From an uncultured Chloroflexia bacterium (GTDB taxonomy: Bacteria; Chloroflexota; Limnocylindria; Limnocylindrales; CSP1-4), in NCBI GenBank assembly GCA_963746845.1, contig CAVVCZ010000005.1, forward strand, positions 384,001 to 448,000: 64,000 bases of DNA, written 5' to 3'. Both the position numbers and the translations under genes were made by a program. A model generated the notes under the pieces. That model saw only the letters and a program-made list of their open reading frames with translations, had not been told where the DNA came from and ran no database searches. Within the stretch, counting starts at the first letter, position 1. Every line of letters starts with the position of its first letter. Of this stretch, positions 1-8,952 are shown one piece after another.

Positions 1-465
1 CTCCTGACCCGCCGGACCGCGATCGGCCTGTTCATCGAGTCGGTCGGGATCAACTTCCGGTCCAGCTTCTACAGCGGCATCAACGAGAAGCGGGTCAAGC
101 TGTTCGCCTACGCGTTCTGCGGCCTGTGCGCGGGGATCGCCGGTCTCGTCGCCGTCTCGAGCATCCGGACATCCGACGCGAACCAGATCGGCCTGTACAC
201 CGAGCTCGACGCCATCCTGGCGGTCGTCATCGGTGGGACGGTCCTGGGTGCCGGCGGCCGGTTCTCGCTCCTCGGGAGCGTCCTCGGCGGCCTGATCATC
301 CAGGCCACGACGACGTCGATGTACCACGTCGGCGTCGCGGCGAGCGCGATCATCGCGGTCAAGGCCGTCGTCGTGATCCTCGTGATCGTGCTGTACTCGC
401 GACAGACCCAGGACGCCGTCCGCAGGCTCGTCAGCCGGACGAAGCGGGACGAGGTGACGGCGTGA
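1..465 (+). CDS. Sugar ABC transporter permease (RbsC/YtfT-like), 5'-truncated by window edge
   Basis: Frame 1 reads LLTRRTAIGLFIESVGIN...ELDAILAVVIGGT..GGRFSLLGSVLGG...; TGA at 463-465 overlaps next GTG. Not in ORF track (no start). Confidence 0.9.
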   Translation, partial: LLTRRTAIGLFIESVGINFRSSFYSGINEKRVKLFAYAFCGLCAGIAGLVAVSSIRTSDANQIGLYTELDAILAVVIGGTVLGAGGRFSLLGSVLGGLIIQATTTSMYHVGVAASAIIAVKAVVVILVIVLYSRQTQDAVRRLVSRTKRDEVTA

Positions 466-2078
466 CCCAGGCTCTCGCCGCGCGGGTCGCCAGCAAGCAG
501 CGGTTCCTGCCCCTCGCCGCGACGGCCCTCCTCTTCCTGATCGCCTACGGGATGGGGGCGCTCGCGTTCCCCGCGATGCGCGACGGGCAGGCGTTCTTCA
601 ACCTGCTCGTCACGACGCCGTTCCTGCTGATCGCCGTCGTCGGCCAGACGTTCGTGATCATCTCGGGCGGGATCGACCTGTCCGTGAGCGGCGTCATCGC
701 CCTGACGACGGTCGCCTCCGCGGCGCTGATCCAGTCCGGCTGGAACCCGTGGATCGTCATGCCGCTGATGCTGCTGATGGGCGTGACCATCGGCGGGGTC
801 ATGGGGTTCTTCATCGCCTACCTCAAGGTCCAGCCGTTCATCGCGACCCTCGCCGGGATGTGGTTCGCCCGGGGCCTGTCCTACGTGATCAGCGACAGCG
901 AGATCCGGATCCACGATCCCCTGTACCGGCTGTTCGTCGGCACCCGCATCCTCATCCCGGGCCTCGCCGATCCGGTCACGAAGAAGGGCGACTACATCAC
1001 GATTCTCGTGGTCGTGGCGCTGATCGTGCTCGTCGCCGGGATGTTCATCGCGCAGTACACGCGCTTCGGCCGGACGGTCTACGCGATCGGCGGCAACAAC
1101 GGGGCGAACGAGCAGTCGTCACGGCTCATGGGCCTGTCCGTGGACCGGACGAAGGTCAAGGTCTACATGCTCAACGGCTTCTGCTCGGCCCTCGCCGGGA
1201 TCGCCTACAGCATCTACGTCGGGTCCGGGCACGGCGGGCATGCCCTGGGGTTCGAGCTCACCGTGATCGCCGCCGTCGTCATCGGCGGGACGGCCCTGAC
1301 CGGCGGCGAGGGCTACGTCATCGGGGCGCTGTTCGGGGTCCTGATCACCGCGCTGATCCAGAGCATCATCCAGTTCAACGGACAGCTCAGCTCGTGGTGG
1401 ACCAGCATCGTCATCGGGGGTCTGATGCTGGTCTTCATCGGCGTCCAGGCGGTCCTCACGACGATCAACTCGAGACAGCTGGCTCGGGCACGCCTCGGCG
1501 GAACCGCCGTGCGGTCCGGCTCGCGCCGACGACCGTGGTGGCGCGACCGGCGGGTCGCGTTCGGGGCCGGCGCGGTCATCGTCGCCGTCCTCGTGTACCA
1601 GGCCGTCGGGTTCGCGGGGGGCGGCCAGGCGGGAACGGCCGCCAATCCGTCGGCGGCGGCAGGGTGCGCGCTGAAGCCGCTCCGCCAGGACCAGGCCGCG
1701 GGCCTGATCAAGGACGGCGCGATGATCGTCTACGAACGGAACGGCGGTGGCGCCTGCGTGGACGAGCTCTATGCGATCTATGCCGACGGTCGGATCACCG
1801 CCGACAACGGCACGCAGAAGCTCGAGAAGCAGATCAAGCCAGATGACGTCACGGCGCTCGTCGGCGCCATCGACAAGCTCGGCTGGTTCACCGACAACAT
1901 GTACTCCACGTCGCACCATCCATGCGGGCAGTGCTTCACCTACTTCACCAACGTGACCCTCAACGGGACGGCCAAGAACGTCCAGGCCGTCGACGGCGGT
2001 GCGGACGCACCGCCGAACTACTGGCTGGTGTCCGGCAAGCTGTCCGAGATCCTGCCCCGGTTCGACGGGGCGAAGTGA
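462..2078 (+). CDS. Sugar ABC transporter permease (YjfF-like) with extra C-terminal TM plus extracytoplasmic domain
   Basis: GGIDLSV, PFIATLAG, TRFGRTVYAIGGN, FELTVIAAVVIGGT motifs; GTGA coupling to upstream gene gives start 462; about 190 aa extension after the permease. Confidence 0.9.
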   Translation: MTQALAARVASKQRFLPLAATALLFLIAYGMGALAFPAMRDGQAFFNLLVTTPFLLIAVVGQTFVIISGGIDLSVSGVIALTTVASAALIQSGWNPWIVMPLMLLMGVTIGGVMGFFIAYLKVQPFIATLAGMWFARGLSYVISDSEIRIHDPLYRLFVGTRILIPGLADPVTKKGDYITILVVVALIVLVAGMFIAQYTRFGRTVYAIGGNNGANEQSSRLMGLSVDRTKVKVYMLNGFCSALAGIAYSIYVGSGHGGHALGFELTVIAAVVIGGTALTGGEGYVIGALFGVLITALIQSIIQFNGQLSSWWTSIVIGGLMLVFIGVQAVLTTINSRQLARARLGGTAVRSGSRRRPWWRDRRVAFGAGAVIVAVLVYQAVGFAGGGQAGTAANPSAAAGCALKPLRQDQAAGLIKDGAMIVYERNGGGACVDELYAIYADGRITADNGTQKLEKQIKPDDVTALVGAIDKLGWFTDNMYSTSHHPCGQCFTYFTNVTLNGTAKNVQAVDGGADAPPNYWLVSGKLSEILPRFDGAK

Positions 2079-2097
2079 TGCGCGGATCGATGCTCCG

Positions 2098-3012
2098 ATG
2101 AGCGCTCGTGGTCTGGCCCTGGCGGCGATCATCTGCGCGCTGACGCTCGGGGCGTGCGACTACATCGTCACGCCCGCCGACGAGAGCGGCCCGACGCCGG
2201 TGACGGCCGGGGTCTGGACCGGGATCGCGACCGGCATCTCGCAGACGCCGGGCGGCGATCTGCACGTCGATCTGGCGATCCGGAACGACACCGGCGACTG
2301 GAGCGCCATGCAGCTCGCCGACGGCGGCTCCGTCGCCCTCACTGGTGGCGACGGGAAGACGTCGGCCTGCGCGACCGCGGTGGTCGGGACCGGCGGCCAT
2401 CGCCTCGCGCCGGGGTTCCAGGTGCGCGGCTACACGGGCGGCACGGAGGCAGCGCCCGAGCCGGAGACGCTCTCGGTCGAGTGCGCCGGCGCCACGCCGG
2501 CGGCGGGCCAGAAGCTGTCGATCGACTACTCGTACGTCACCGGCGACTTCAACTACTACACGCCGTCGAAGCCGATCAAGGCCAGGCTCGTGGTCGATCT
2601 CGACAAGCCGGCGGCGGATCTCGCCTTCCCGGTCGGCAAGCCGATCGACGGGGTCGTCCAGAAGGCCTCCGACCCGATCGAGGCGATCAACAAGTGCGTG
2701 CTGACGCTCACGTCGACGAAGCGGACGGCGGACGGGCTCGAGCTCGGCTGGCACACGGAGAACCCGACCGACTACCCGACCTACGTCCACATCGGAACGC
2801 CGCCGGTCGTCGGCTCGGACGGCGTCATCTACGGCTTCTACGAGAGCCCCCACCTGGCCGACACGCCGATCACACCGGCCACGGGGAGCGCCGACTGGAC
2901 GACCGAGGTCGCGGTCCCGAAGGACGTGACCGGGCTGTACATCCTCGTCAGCGTCGAATCGAAGCAGCAGAAGACGTTCGTCAGCCACGCGATCGACATC
3001 ACCGGCCAGTAG
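2098..3012 (+). CDS. Putative lipoprotein, unknown function
   Basis: MSARGLALAAIICALTLGA-C lipobox; beta-rich mature part; strong GC3 codon bias. Confidence 0.8.
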   Translation: MSARGLALAAIICALTLGACDYIVTPADESGPTPVTAGVWTGIATGISQTPGGDLHVDLAIRNDTGDWSAMQLADGGSVALTGGDGKTSACATAVVGTGGHRLAPGFQVRGYTGGTEAAPEPETLSVECAGATPAAGQKLSIDYSYVTGDFNYYTPSKPIKARLVVDLDKPAADLAFPVGKPIDGVVQKASDPIEAINKCVLTLTSTKRTADGLELGWHTENPTDYPTYVHIGTPPVVGSDGVIYGFYESPHLADTPITPATGSADWTTEVAVPKDVTGLYILVSVESKQQKTFVSHAIDITGQ

Positions 3013-3075
3013 CCCTCGCCCGGGGCGGCCGGTCTCCGAAGGCGTTCGGAACGCGGTTGGTATCATCGCGTCCGT

Positions 3076-3152
3076 CCGCCCGTAGCTCAGTGGATCAGAG
3101 CGACTGACTTCGGATCAGTAGGTCGGGGGTTCGAATCCCTCCGGGCGGGCCA
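3076..3152 (+). tRNA. tRNA-Arg, anticodon UCG
   Basis: Cloverleaf: CCGCCCG/CGGGCGG acceptor, GCTC/GAGC D stem, ACTGA-CT(TCG)GA-TCAGT anticodon arm, GGGGG-TTCGAAT-CCCTC T arm, G73, encoded CCA; A20 Arg identity base; TATCAT -10 at 3061. Confidence 0.95.
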
Positions 3153-3249
3153 CTGCCTCAGGCGCGTGCGCTCGACCGTCCGAGCGTGAGAGGCGGGACC
3201 GAGGGGGAAGGTGCCGGCCGTGAGGCGGGCACGGAGGGGTGACTAGCCG

Positions 3250-3856
3250 GTGATCCTGCGCGTCGTCAAGGGCCGGATTCCCGTCGGACAGCTCGAGGCG
3301 GTGCGCCGCGACCTCGAGCGCCACTATGTCCCGGCAGCCGACGCGTGCGCGGGTCTCGAGCGCTACGTCGTCGCGATCCGGCCGTCCGCGGACGGCCACG
3401 ACATCGCGCTCGTGACCGTGTGGACCGACGTCGAATTCGGCGCTCACCGCCTACGCGGGGGATCTCGCCAGATCCGGCACGCTCGACGGGAAGGGCCACG
3501 GCGAGATCCTCGACCACGTCGACTACTACGAGGTCGATGTCGGCGAGGCTCGGCGGCGACCCGGGACGCCCCGGTTCCTGCGCCTGTCGGCCGGGTCGGT
3601 CGGGCGGGGCCTCGACGCGGACATCCAGCGCGATCTGCGCGAGCGGCTCGCCGAGCTCGGGCCGGAGGCGGTCGACGCCTACGTCGGTCGCCGGGTGAAA
3701 GGTGCCCAGGTCGAGATCGCGTTCGTGTCGGCGTGGTCCGGGCCGCCGGCCGGCGCCTCGCTCGAGGTGCCGATCTGGCCACACCTGTCGGGGTACTTCG
3801 ACACGTTCGGGATCCATGTCCACGACGTGATCCTGCACGGAACGCCACGTCCCTGA
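3250..3856 (+). pseudogene. Tandem ABM/dimeric alpha-beta barrel-like protein, frameshifted at ~3436 (pseudogene or sequencing error)
   Basis: Frame reads MILRVVKGR...LVTVWTDVE, then coding-like sequence continues in the +1 frame (SALTAYAGDL...EIAFVSAWS...) to TGA 3854-3856. Confidence 0.7.
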
Positions 3857-3968
3857 AAGCCGAACGCCGGCCGGACATGACCGGCTGTCGCGAGCCCGCG
3901 GGTACCTTCGGCGAACGGGCGTCGAACTGACGCTGTTCAGCCGGCGAGCGCCCGCGGAGGAATCCCCG

Positions 3969-4568
3969 ATGCCGACCACCGCCCGCCGTTCCTCGAACGG
4001 CAAACACGCCCGCGTCTCGCCCGAGCCGCGGCTCGGCCAGCGAGCGGCCGAGCTGCAGGCCTTCGGCGCACTTCGCCAGCTGCCGATCGCCCTGTCCGCC
4101 GAGGCGCGCGGCGAGAGCTGCCAGCTCCTCAACGCGATCCTCGCGGACACGTCCGTCCTGTCTGCGCTCTACAAGAAGTCGCACTGGAACGTGGCCGGCC
4201 CGACCTTCTACCAGCTGCATCTCCTGTTCGACAAGCACGCGGAGGAGCAGCTGGAGCTCGTCGACATGCTTGCGGAGCGGGTCCAGATGCTCGGCGGGAT
4301 CTCCGTCGGCGATCCACGGCACGCGGCGGAGCTGACCACGATCCCGCGGCCCCCCGACGGCGCCGAGGAGGTGCCGGTGGTCCTGGATCGCCTGCTCGAC
4401 GCCCATGAGGTGATCATCGAGAAGGTCCGGGCGGCGATCGACGCCACCGAGGAGTCGGAGGACTGGGGCACGAACGACCTCCTGATGGGCGACGTCCTGC
4501 GCCGTCACGAGATGGAGGTCTGGTTCCTCTCGGAGCACGTCGTCGACATCCCGCTCGTCGAGGCCTGA
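3969..4568 (+). CDS. dps: Dps family DNA starvation/stationary phase protection protein
   Basis: HWNVAGPTFYQLHLLFD and D-MLAER ferroxidase motifs; GGAGG RBS. Confidence 0.95.
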   Translation: MPTTARRSSNGKHARVSPEPRLGQRAAELQAFGALRQLPIALSAEARGESCQLLNAILADTSVLSALYKKSHWNVAGPTFYQLHLLFDKHAEEQLELVDMLAERVQMLGGISVGDPRHAAELTTIPRPPDGAEEVPVVLDRLLDAHEVIIEKVRAAIDATEESEDWGTNDLLMGDVLRRHEMEVWFLSEHVVDIPLVEA

Positions 4569-4607
4569 CCCGCGGGCCGAGCCGCGCCGCCTGCTACGCT
4601 CGGCGGC

Positions 4608-6326
4608 GTGACCGCCCGACCGCGAACCGCCGCCCAGCTGCTCGTCGAGTGCCTCGCGGCCGAAGGCTGTGACTACGTCTTCTCGGTGCCCGGCGAGGAG
4701 ACGATGGACATCCTCGACGCGCTCGGCGGTGCCGCCGCGAGCGGAGCCCCGAACGCGCCCCGCCACATCACGACGCGGCACGAGCAGGGTGCCGCCTTCA
4801 TGGCCGACGTCCATGGCCGGCTGACCGGCCGGGCCGCCGTCGCGATGGCGACCCTCGGGCCGGGCGCCACGAACCTTGTCACGGGCGTCGCGGACGCGTA
4901 CCTGGATCACGCGCCGATGGTCGCGATCACGGGGCAGGCGAGCTCGGACAAGCTCCACAAGGAGGCCCACCAGGTCGTGGACATCGTCCGGATGATCGAG
5001 CCGGTGACGAAGTGGAACACCCGCGTCGAGCGGGTCGAGGCGATCCCGGAGATCGTCCGAAAGGCGTTCCGGCTGGCGACCCTCGAGAAGCCCGGGCCGA
5101 CGCACATCGAGCTGCCGGAGAACCTGGCCGCGGCCCCGGTCGCCGACACCGCCCGGCCGCTCACGCCGGGCCACTGGGACTTCCCCGAGCCGACCGACGA
5201 GGCGATCGCCGAGGCGGCGGAGCTGATCGCGACGTCGCAGCGACCGCTCGTCCTGGCGGGAAACGGGGTGCTCCGCCGCCGCGCATCCGGGGAGCTCCGC
5301 GCGTTCGCCCGCGGGCTCCACGTCCCGGTCGCGGTGACGTTCATGGGCAAGGGCGCGATCGACGATCGGTCGCATCTCAGCCTGATGGCCGTCGGCCTGC
5401 AGGCCCGCGACCACGTCCTGTCCGGGTTCGATCGGGCCGACCTCGTGATCTGTGTCGGCTACGACCTCGTCGAATACGCGCCGGCCCGCTGGAACCCCGA
5501 CGGAGGCAAGCGGATCGTCCACATCGACACGGCGCCGGCCGAGGTCGACGCCCAGTACGGCCCGGAGATCGAGCTCGTCGGGGACATCGACGGGACCCTG
5601 CGCCGGCTCCTCGCCGCGGTCCAGCCCCGGGGGATCAGCGGGCGCGACGCCGGGGAGCGGCACGAAGCCCGCGAGACGCTGGTCCACGCCGATCTCCGGA
5701 CCGCCCTCCTGGAGGAGCTCGCGGGGAGTGCCGGCACGTCGGACGGCGACCCGCTGGTCACGCCCCAGCGCGCGATCGCGGACCTGCGCGAGGCGCTCGG
5801 CCCCGACGACATCGTCGTGTCCGACGTCGGCGCCCACAAGGTCTGGGTCGCCCGGCTGTACCAGGCGTACGAGCCCAACACGGTGATCATCTCGAACGGG
5901 TTCGCGGCCATGGGCATCTCCGTCCCCGGCGCGATCGCGGCGAAGCTCGTCCACCCGGATCGCAAGGTCGTCGCCCTGTGCGGCGACGGTGGCTTCCTGA
6001 TGAACAGCCAGGAGCTCGAGACCGCGACGCGGATCGGCGCGAACATCACGGTCGTGATCTGGCGCGACGACGGCTACGGCCTGATCGACTGGAAGCAGCG
6101 CAACGAGTTCGGCCGGCCATTCGGGGTCGAGTTCGGCAACCCGGACTTCGTCGCCTATGCGGAGTCGTTCGGGATCGCCGGGTTCCGGCCGTCGACCGCC
6201 GCCGACCTGCTGCCGACGCTCCGGCGAGCGCTGGACGTCGACGGCCCGGCCCTCGTCGAGGTCCCGATCGACTACCGCGAGAACCTGCGCCTGACCGAGC
6301 ACCTCGGCGCGCTGTCCGGCGCCTGA
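4608..6326 (+). CDS. Acetolactate synthase large subunit-like ThDP enzyme
   Basis: FSVPGEE, RHEQGAAFMAD, GPGATN, GDGGFLM ThDP motifs; leaderless GTG 7 nt after TACGCT. Confidence 0.93.
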   Translation: MTARPRTAAQLLVECLAAEGCDYVFSVPGEETMDILDALGGAAASGAPNAPRHITTRHEQGAAFMADVHGRLTGRAAVAMATLGPGATNLVTGVADAYLDHAPMVAITGQASSDKLHKEAHQVVDIVRMIEPVTKWNTRVERVEAIPEIVRKAFRLATLEKPGPTHIELPENLAAAPVADTARPLTPGHWDFPEPTDEAIAEAAELIATSQRPLVLAGNGVLRRRASGELRAFARGLHVPVAVTFMGKGAIDDRSHLSLMAVGLQARDHVLSGFDRADLVICVGYDLVEYAPARWNPDGGKRIVHIDTAPAEVDAQYGPEIELVGDIDGTLRRLLAAVQPRGISGRDAGERHEARETLVHADLRTALLEELAGSAGTSDGDPLVTPQRAIADLREALGPDDIVVSDVGAHKVWVARLYQAYEPNTVIISNGFAAMGISVPGAIAAKLVHPDRKVVALCGDGGFLMNSQELETATRIGANITVVIWRDDGYGLIDWKQRNEFGRPFGVEFGNPDFVAYAESFGIAGFRPSTAADLLPTLRRALDVDGPALVEVPIDYRENLRLTEHLGALSGA

Positions 6327-6346
6327 CCGAGGACCGGACCGGGACC

Positions 6347-7075
6347 GTGGCCGCCCTCCGCTCGTTGATCGGCCGGATGTTCACGATGCCGTCGTACCCG
6401 CCGGAGCCGGCGGATCTCCGGACGTTCCGCCTCGCCGGGCTCGAGCTGCCGGTCCGCTCGACCGTCGTCGTCGTCGTCACGATCCTCGTCGTCATCTTCG
6501 ACTTCCAGCGGACGCTGATCCCGGACGACCTCCTCCGCTACGACCGCAATCCGGGCGAGCAGCGGCTCCAGGCGCTGAGCCGCGTCGTCCTGTTCTTCGT
6601 CGTGCCGATGCTGGTGGTGCTGATCGGGTTCCGCGACAGGCCCCGTCGCTACGGGCTGCAGCTCGGCGACTGGCGGTGGGGCCTCGGGCTGGCCGTCGTC
6701 GGGGCGGCCGTGATGACGCCGATCGTGCTGATCCTCTCGGGCCAGCCCGACTTCCGCGCCTACTACGCGCCCTCGAACGAGCCCCTGCCCGGGCTGCTCC
6801 TGACGAACACGCTCGACCTGTTCTCGACCGAGTTCCTGTACCGCGGCTTCCTGATGCTCGCGCTTGCCCGCTTCTTCGGGCCGGTCGCGCTCGTCATCGC
6901 GCTCTTCCCGTTCACGTTCACCCACCTGACCAAGCCCGAGACCGAGCTGCTCTCGACGTTCGTGGGCGGCGCGATCTACGGCTGGCTCACGTGGCGGACG
7001 CGCTCGATCGTGTGGGGTGCCGCGGCCCACGTGTACATCGTGACCCTGGTGATCGTGGCGGCCGGGAACGGCTGA
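6347..7075 (+). CDS. CPBP (CAAX/Abi) intramembrane metalloprotease
   Basis: TEFLYRG, FTFTH, AAAH motifs and several TM segments; start could be 6347 GTG or 6378 ATG. Confidence 0.85.
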   Translation: MAALRSLIGRMFTMPSYPPEPADLRTFRLAGLELPVRSTVVVVVTILVVIFDFQRTLIPDDLLRYDRNPGEQRLQALSRVVLFFVVPMLVVLIGFRDRPRRYGLQLGDWRWGLGLAVVGAAVMTPIVLILSGQPDFRAYYAPSNEPLPGLLLTNTLDLFSTEFLYRGFLMLALARFFGPVALVIALFPFTFTHLTKPETELLSTFVGGAIYGWLTWRTRSIVWGAAAHVYIVTLVIVAAGNG

Positions 7076-7078
7076 GGC

Positions 7079-7813
7079 TCAGAGGCGGGGCGGCCCGTCG
7101 AACAGCTCCCCGTCCCGGAGCTCGAGGACCCGGTCGGCCACGTCGAGCATCACCGGGTCGTGGGTCGCGACGATCGCGGTCACGCCCTCGGTCCGGACGA
7201 CGTCCCGGAGCAGCATCATGATCACGTGGCCGGTCTCCGAGTCGAGCTGGCCGGTCGGCTCGTCGGCGAGCAGGATCCGCGGCCGGTTCGCGAGCGCCCG
7301 GGCGATCGCCACGCGCTGCTGCTCGCCACCGGACAGCTCGTGCGGCCGGTGCTTCATCCGCCCGCCGAGGCCGACCATCTCGAGGAGCTCGCGGACCCGC
7401 TGGTCGCGGACCTTGCCGTCGGTCTTGACGAGCCGGAGCGGAACCTCGACGTTCTCGGCCGCCGACAGGATCGGGACGAGCCCGAACGCCTGGAAGATGA
7501 ACGCGACGGACCGCCGGCGCACGTCCACCAGCTCGTCCTCGCTCATCGCGCTGACCTCGTGGCCGTCGATGACGACCTGGCCGGAGGTCGGGTGGTCGAG
7601 GCCGCCGAGGATGTTCAGGAGCGTCGTCTTGCCGCTTCCCGACCTGCCCCGGACGGCGATCAGGCGTCCGGCGTCGGCGGTGAGGCTCACGCCCCGGAGC
7701 GCGTGGATGATCGTGTCGCCCGACGGGTAGTCGCGGACGACGTCGATCGCGCGGAGGATCGGATCGGAACCGGCGCCACCGGTGGCCGGGTGGGCCATGT
7801 CGAGGGTCGTCAT
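7079..7813 (-). CDS. ABC transporter ATP-binding protein (LolD/MacB type)
   Basis: GRSGSGKT, LSGGEQQR, LLADEPTG, ATHD. Confidence 0.95.
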   Translation of the reverse strand: MTTLDMAHPATGGAGSDPILRAIDVVRDYPSGDTIIHALRGVSLTADAGRLIAVRGRSGSGKTTLLNILGGLDHPTSGQVVIDGHEVSAMSEDELVDVRRRSVAFIFQAFGLVPILSAAENVEVPLRLVKTDGKVRDQRVRELLEMVGLGGRMKHRPHELSGGEQQRVAIARALANRPRILLADEPTGQLDSETGHVIMMLLRDVVRTEGVTAIVATHDPVMLDVADRVLELRDGELFDGPPRL

Positions 7814-8922
7814 CGGTCGGCCTCCCGGTCGGCCGGCCGGGCGGGCGGCGGCGCGTCCGCGTCCGGCCAGATCTCGACGTGGTCGTCCTCGAGCCGCAGC
7901 CGGACCCGGTCCTTGAGCCCGAGGGCCGCGACATGGGCCTTCGGGAGCTGCAGCCGGCCGGCCCGGTCGAGGACCGCGAACTCCTCGCTGATCAGGGTGT
8001 GCTCACCGGTCTCGGAGACCGAGCGCCGGCGGACCGTCTCGGTCGAGGTCCGGCCGTCGCGGATCGCGACCGTCCGCTGGACCTGCTCGGACACGAGCGG
8101 GTCGTGGGTGACGATCACGATCGTCGTCCCGAGCTCCTCGTTCACCCGTCGGAGCAGGCCGAAGATCTCGTGGGACGTCGTCGTGTCGAGCTCGCCCGTC
8201 GGCTCGTCGGCGAACAGGACCTCGGGCTCGTTCGCGAGGGCGACCGCGATCGCGACCCGTTGCTGCTCGCCGCCGGACAGCCGTTCCGGGCGGTGGTCGA
8301 GACGCTCGCCGAGCCCGACGAGCTCGAGCAGCAGGCGGGCGCGCTCCGGGCGCTTCGGCCGCCCGTCCAGGGTCATCGGCAGCTCGACGTTCTCCTGCGC
8401 GGTCAGGTACGGCAGGAGGTTCCGCGCCGTCTGCTGCCAGATCATCCCGACGACGCGCCGGCGGTAGCGGGTCCGCTCGCGCCGGCCCAGCTGGCCGAGG
8501 TCGTGTCCGGCGACGACCGCGCGCCCGGCGGACGGCGTGTCGAGCCCGCCGAGGATGTTGAGGAGCGTCGACTTGCCGCTCCCCGACGCGCCGACGATCG
8601 CGATCATCTCGCCGACGCCCACGACGAGGTCCAGGCCCTGGAGCGCGACGACCTCGAGGTCGGCGACCTTGTAGATCCGGACGAGCCCCTCGCACACGAT
8701 CTGGCGACCGTCGCCGGCCCGGGCGATCGTCCGCTTCCGGCCGGGCGCCGCGAGGCTGGGCAGCGTGGGCGCCACCGGCGCGGCCGGATCGATGACCGGC
8801 GCGTCGCCGAACCGGCCGGTCCCGACCGTCGAGCCGGGGGCGACCGCCGTCCCGCCGGACCGTCCGCTCGGCGGCAGGTCGACGATCTCGGCCCGGCCGA
8901 GGGGTTCCCGATCGTCGGTCAT
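7810..8922 (-). CDS. ABC transporter ATP-binding protein with C-terminal AbrB-like extension
   Basis: GASGSGKST, LSGGEQQR, FADEPTG; tail VLDRAGRLQLPK...LGLKDRV. Confidence 0.92.
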   Translation of the reverse strand: MTDDREPLGRAEIVDLPPSGRSGGTAVAPGSTVGTGRFGDAPVIDPAAPVAPTLPSLAAPGRKRTIARAGDGRQIVCEGLVRIYKVADLEVVALQGLDLVVGVGEMIAIVGASGSGKSTLLNILGGLDTPSAGRAVVAGHDLGQLGRRERTRYRRRVVGMIWQQTARNLLPYLTAQENVELPMTLDGRPKRPERARLLLELVGLGERLDHRPERLSGGEQQRVAIAVALANEPEVLFADEPTGELDTTTSHEIFGLLRRVNEELGTTIVIVTHDPLVSEQVQRTVAIRDGRTSTETVRRRSVSETGEHTLISEEFAVLDRAGRLQLPKAHVAALGLKDRVRLRLEDDHVEIWPDADAPPPARPADREADR

Positions 8923-8952
8923 GACGTCCTCACGCTGTCGACCATACCCGCC

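Noticed and set aside
3076-3250. tRNA-Arg as an integration site for an island
   Set aside because: No integrase and no duplicated tRNA 3' end seen in the window.
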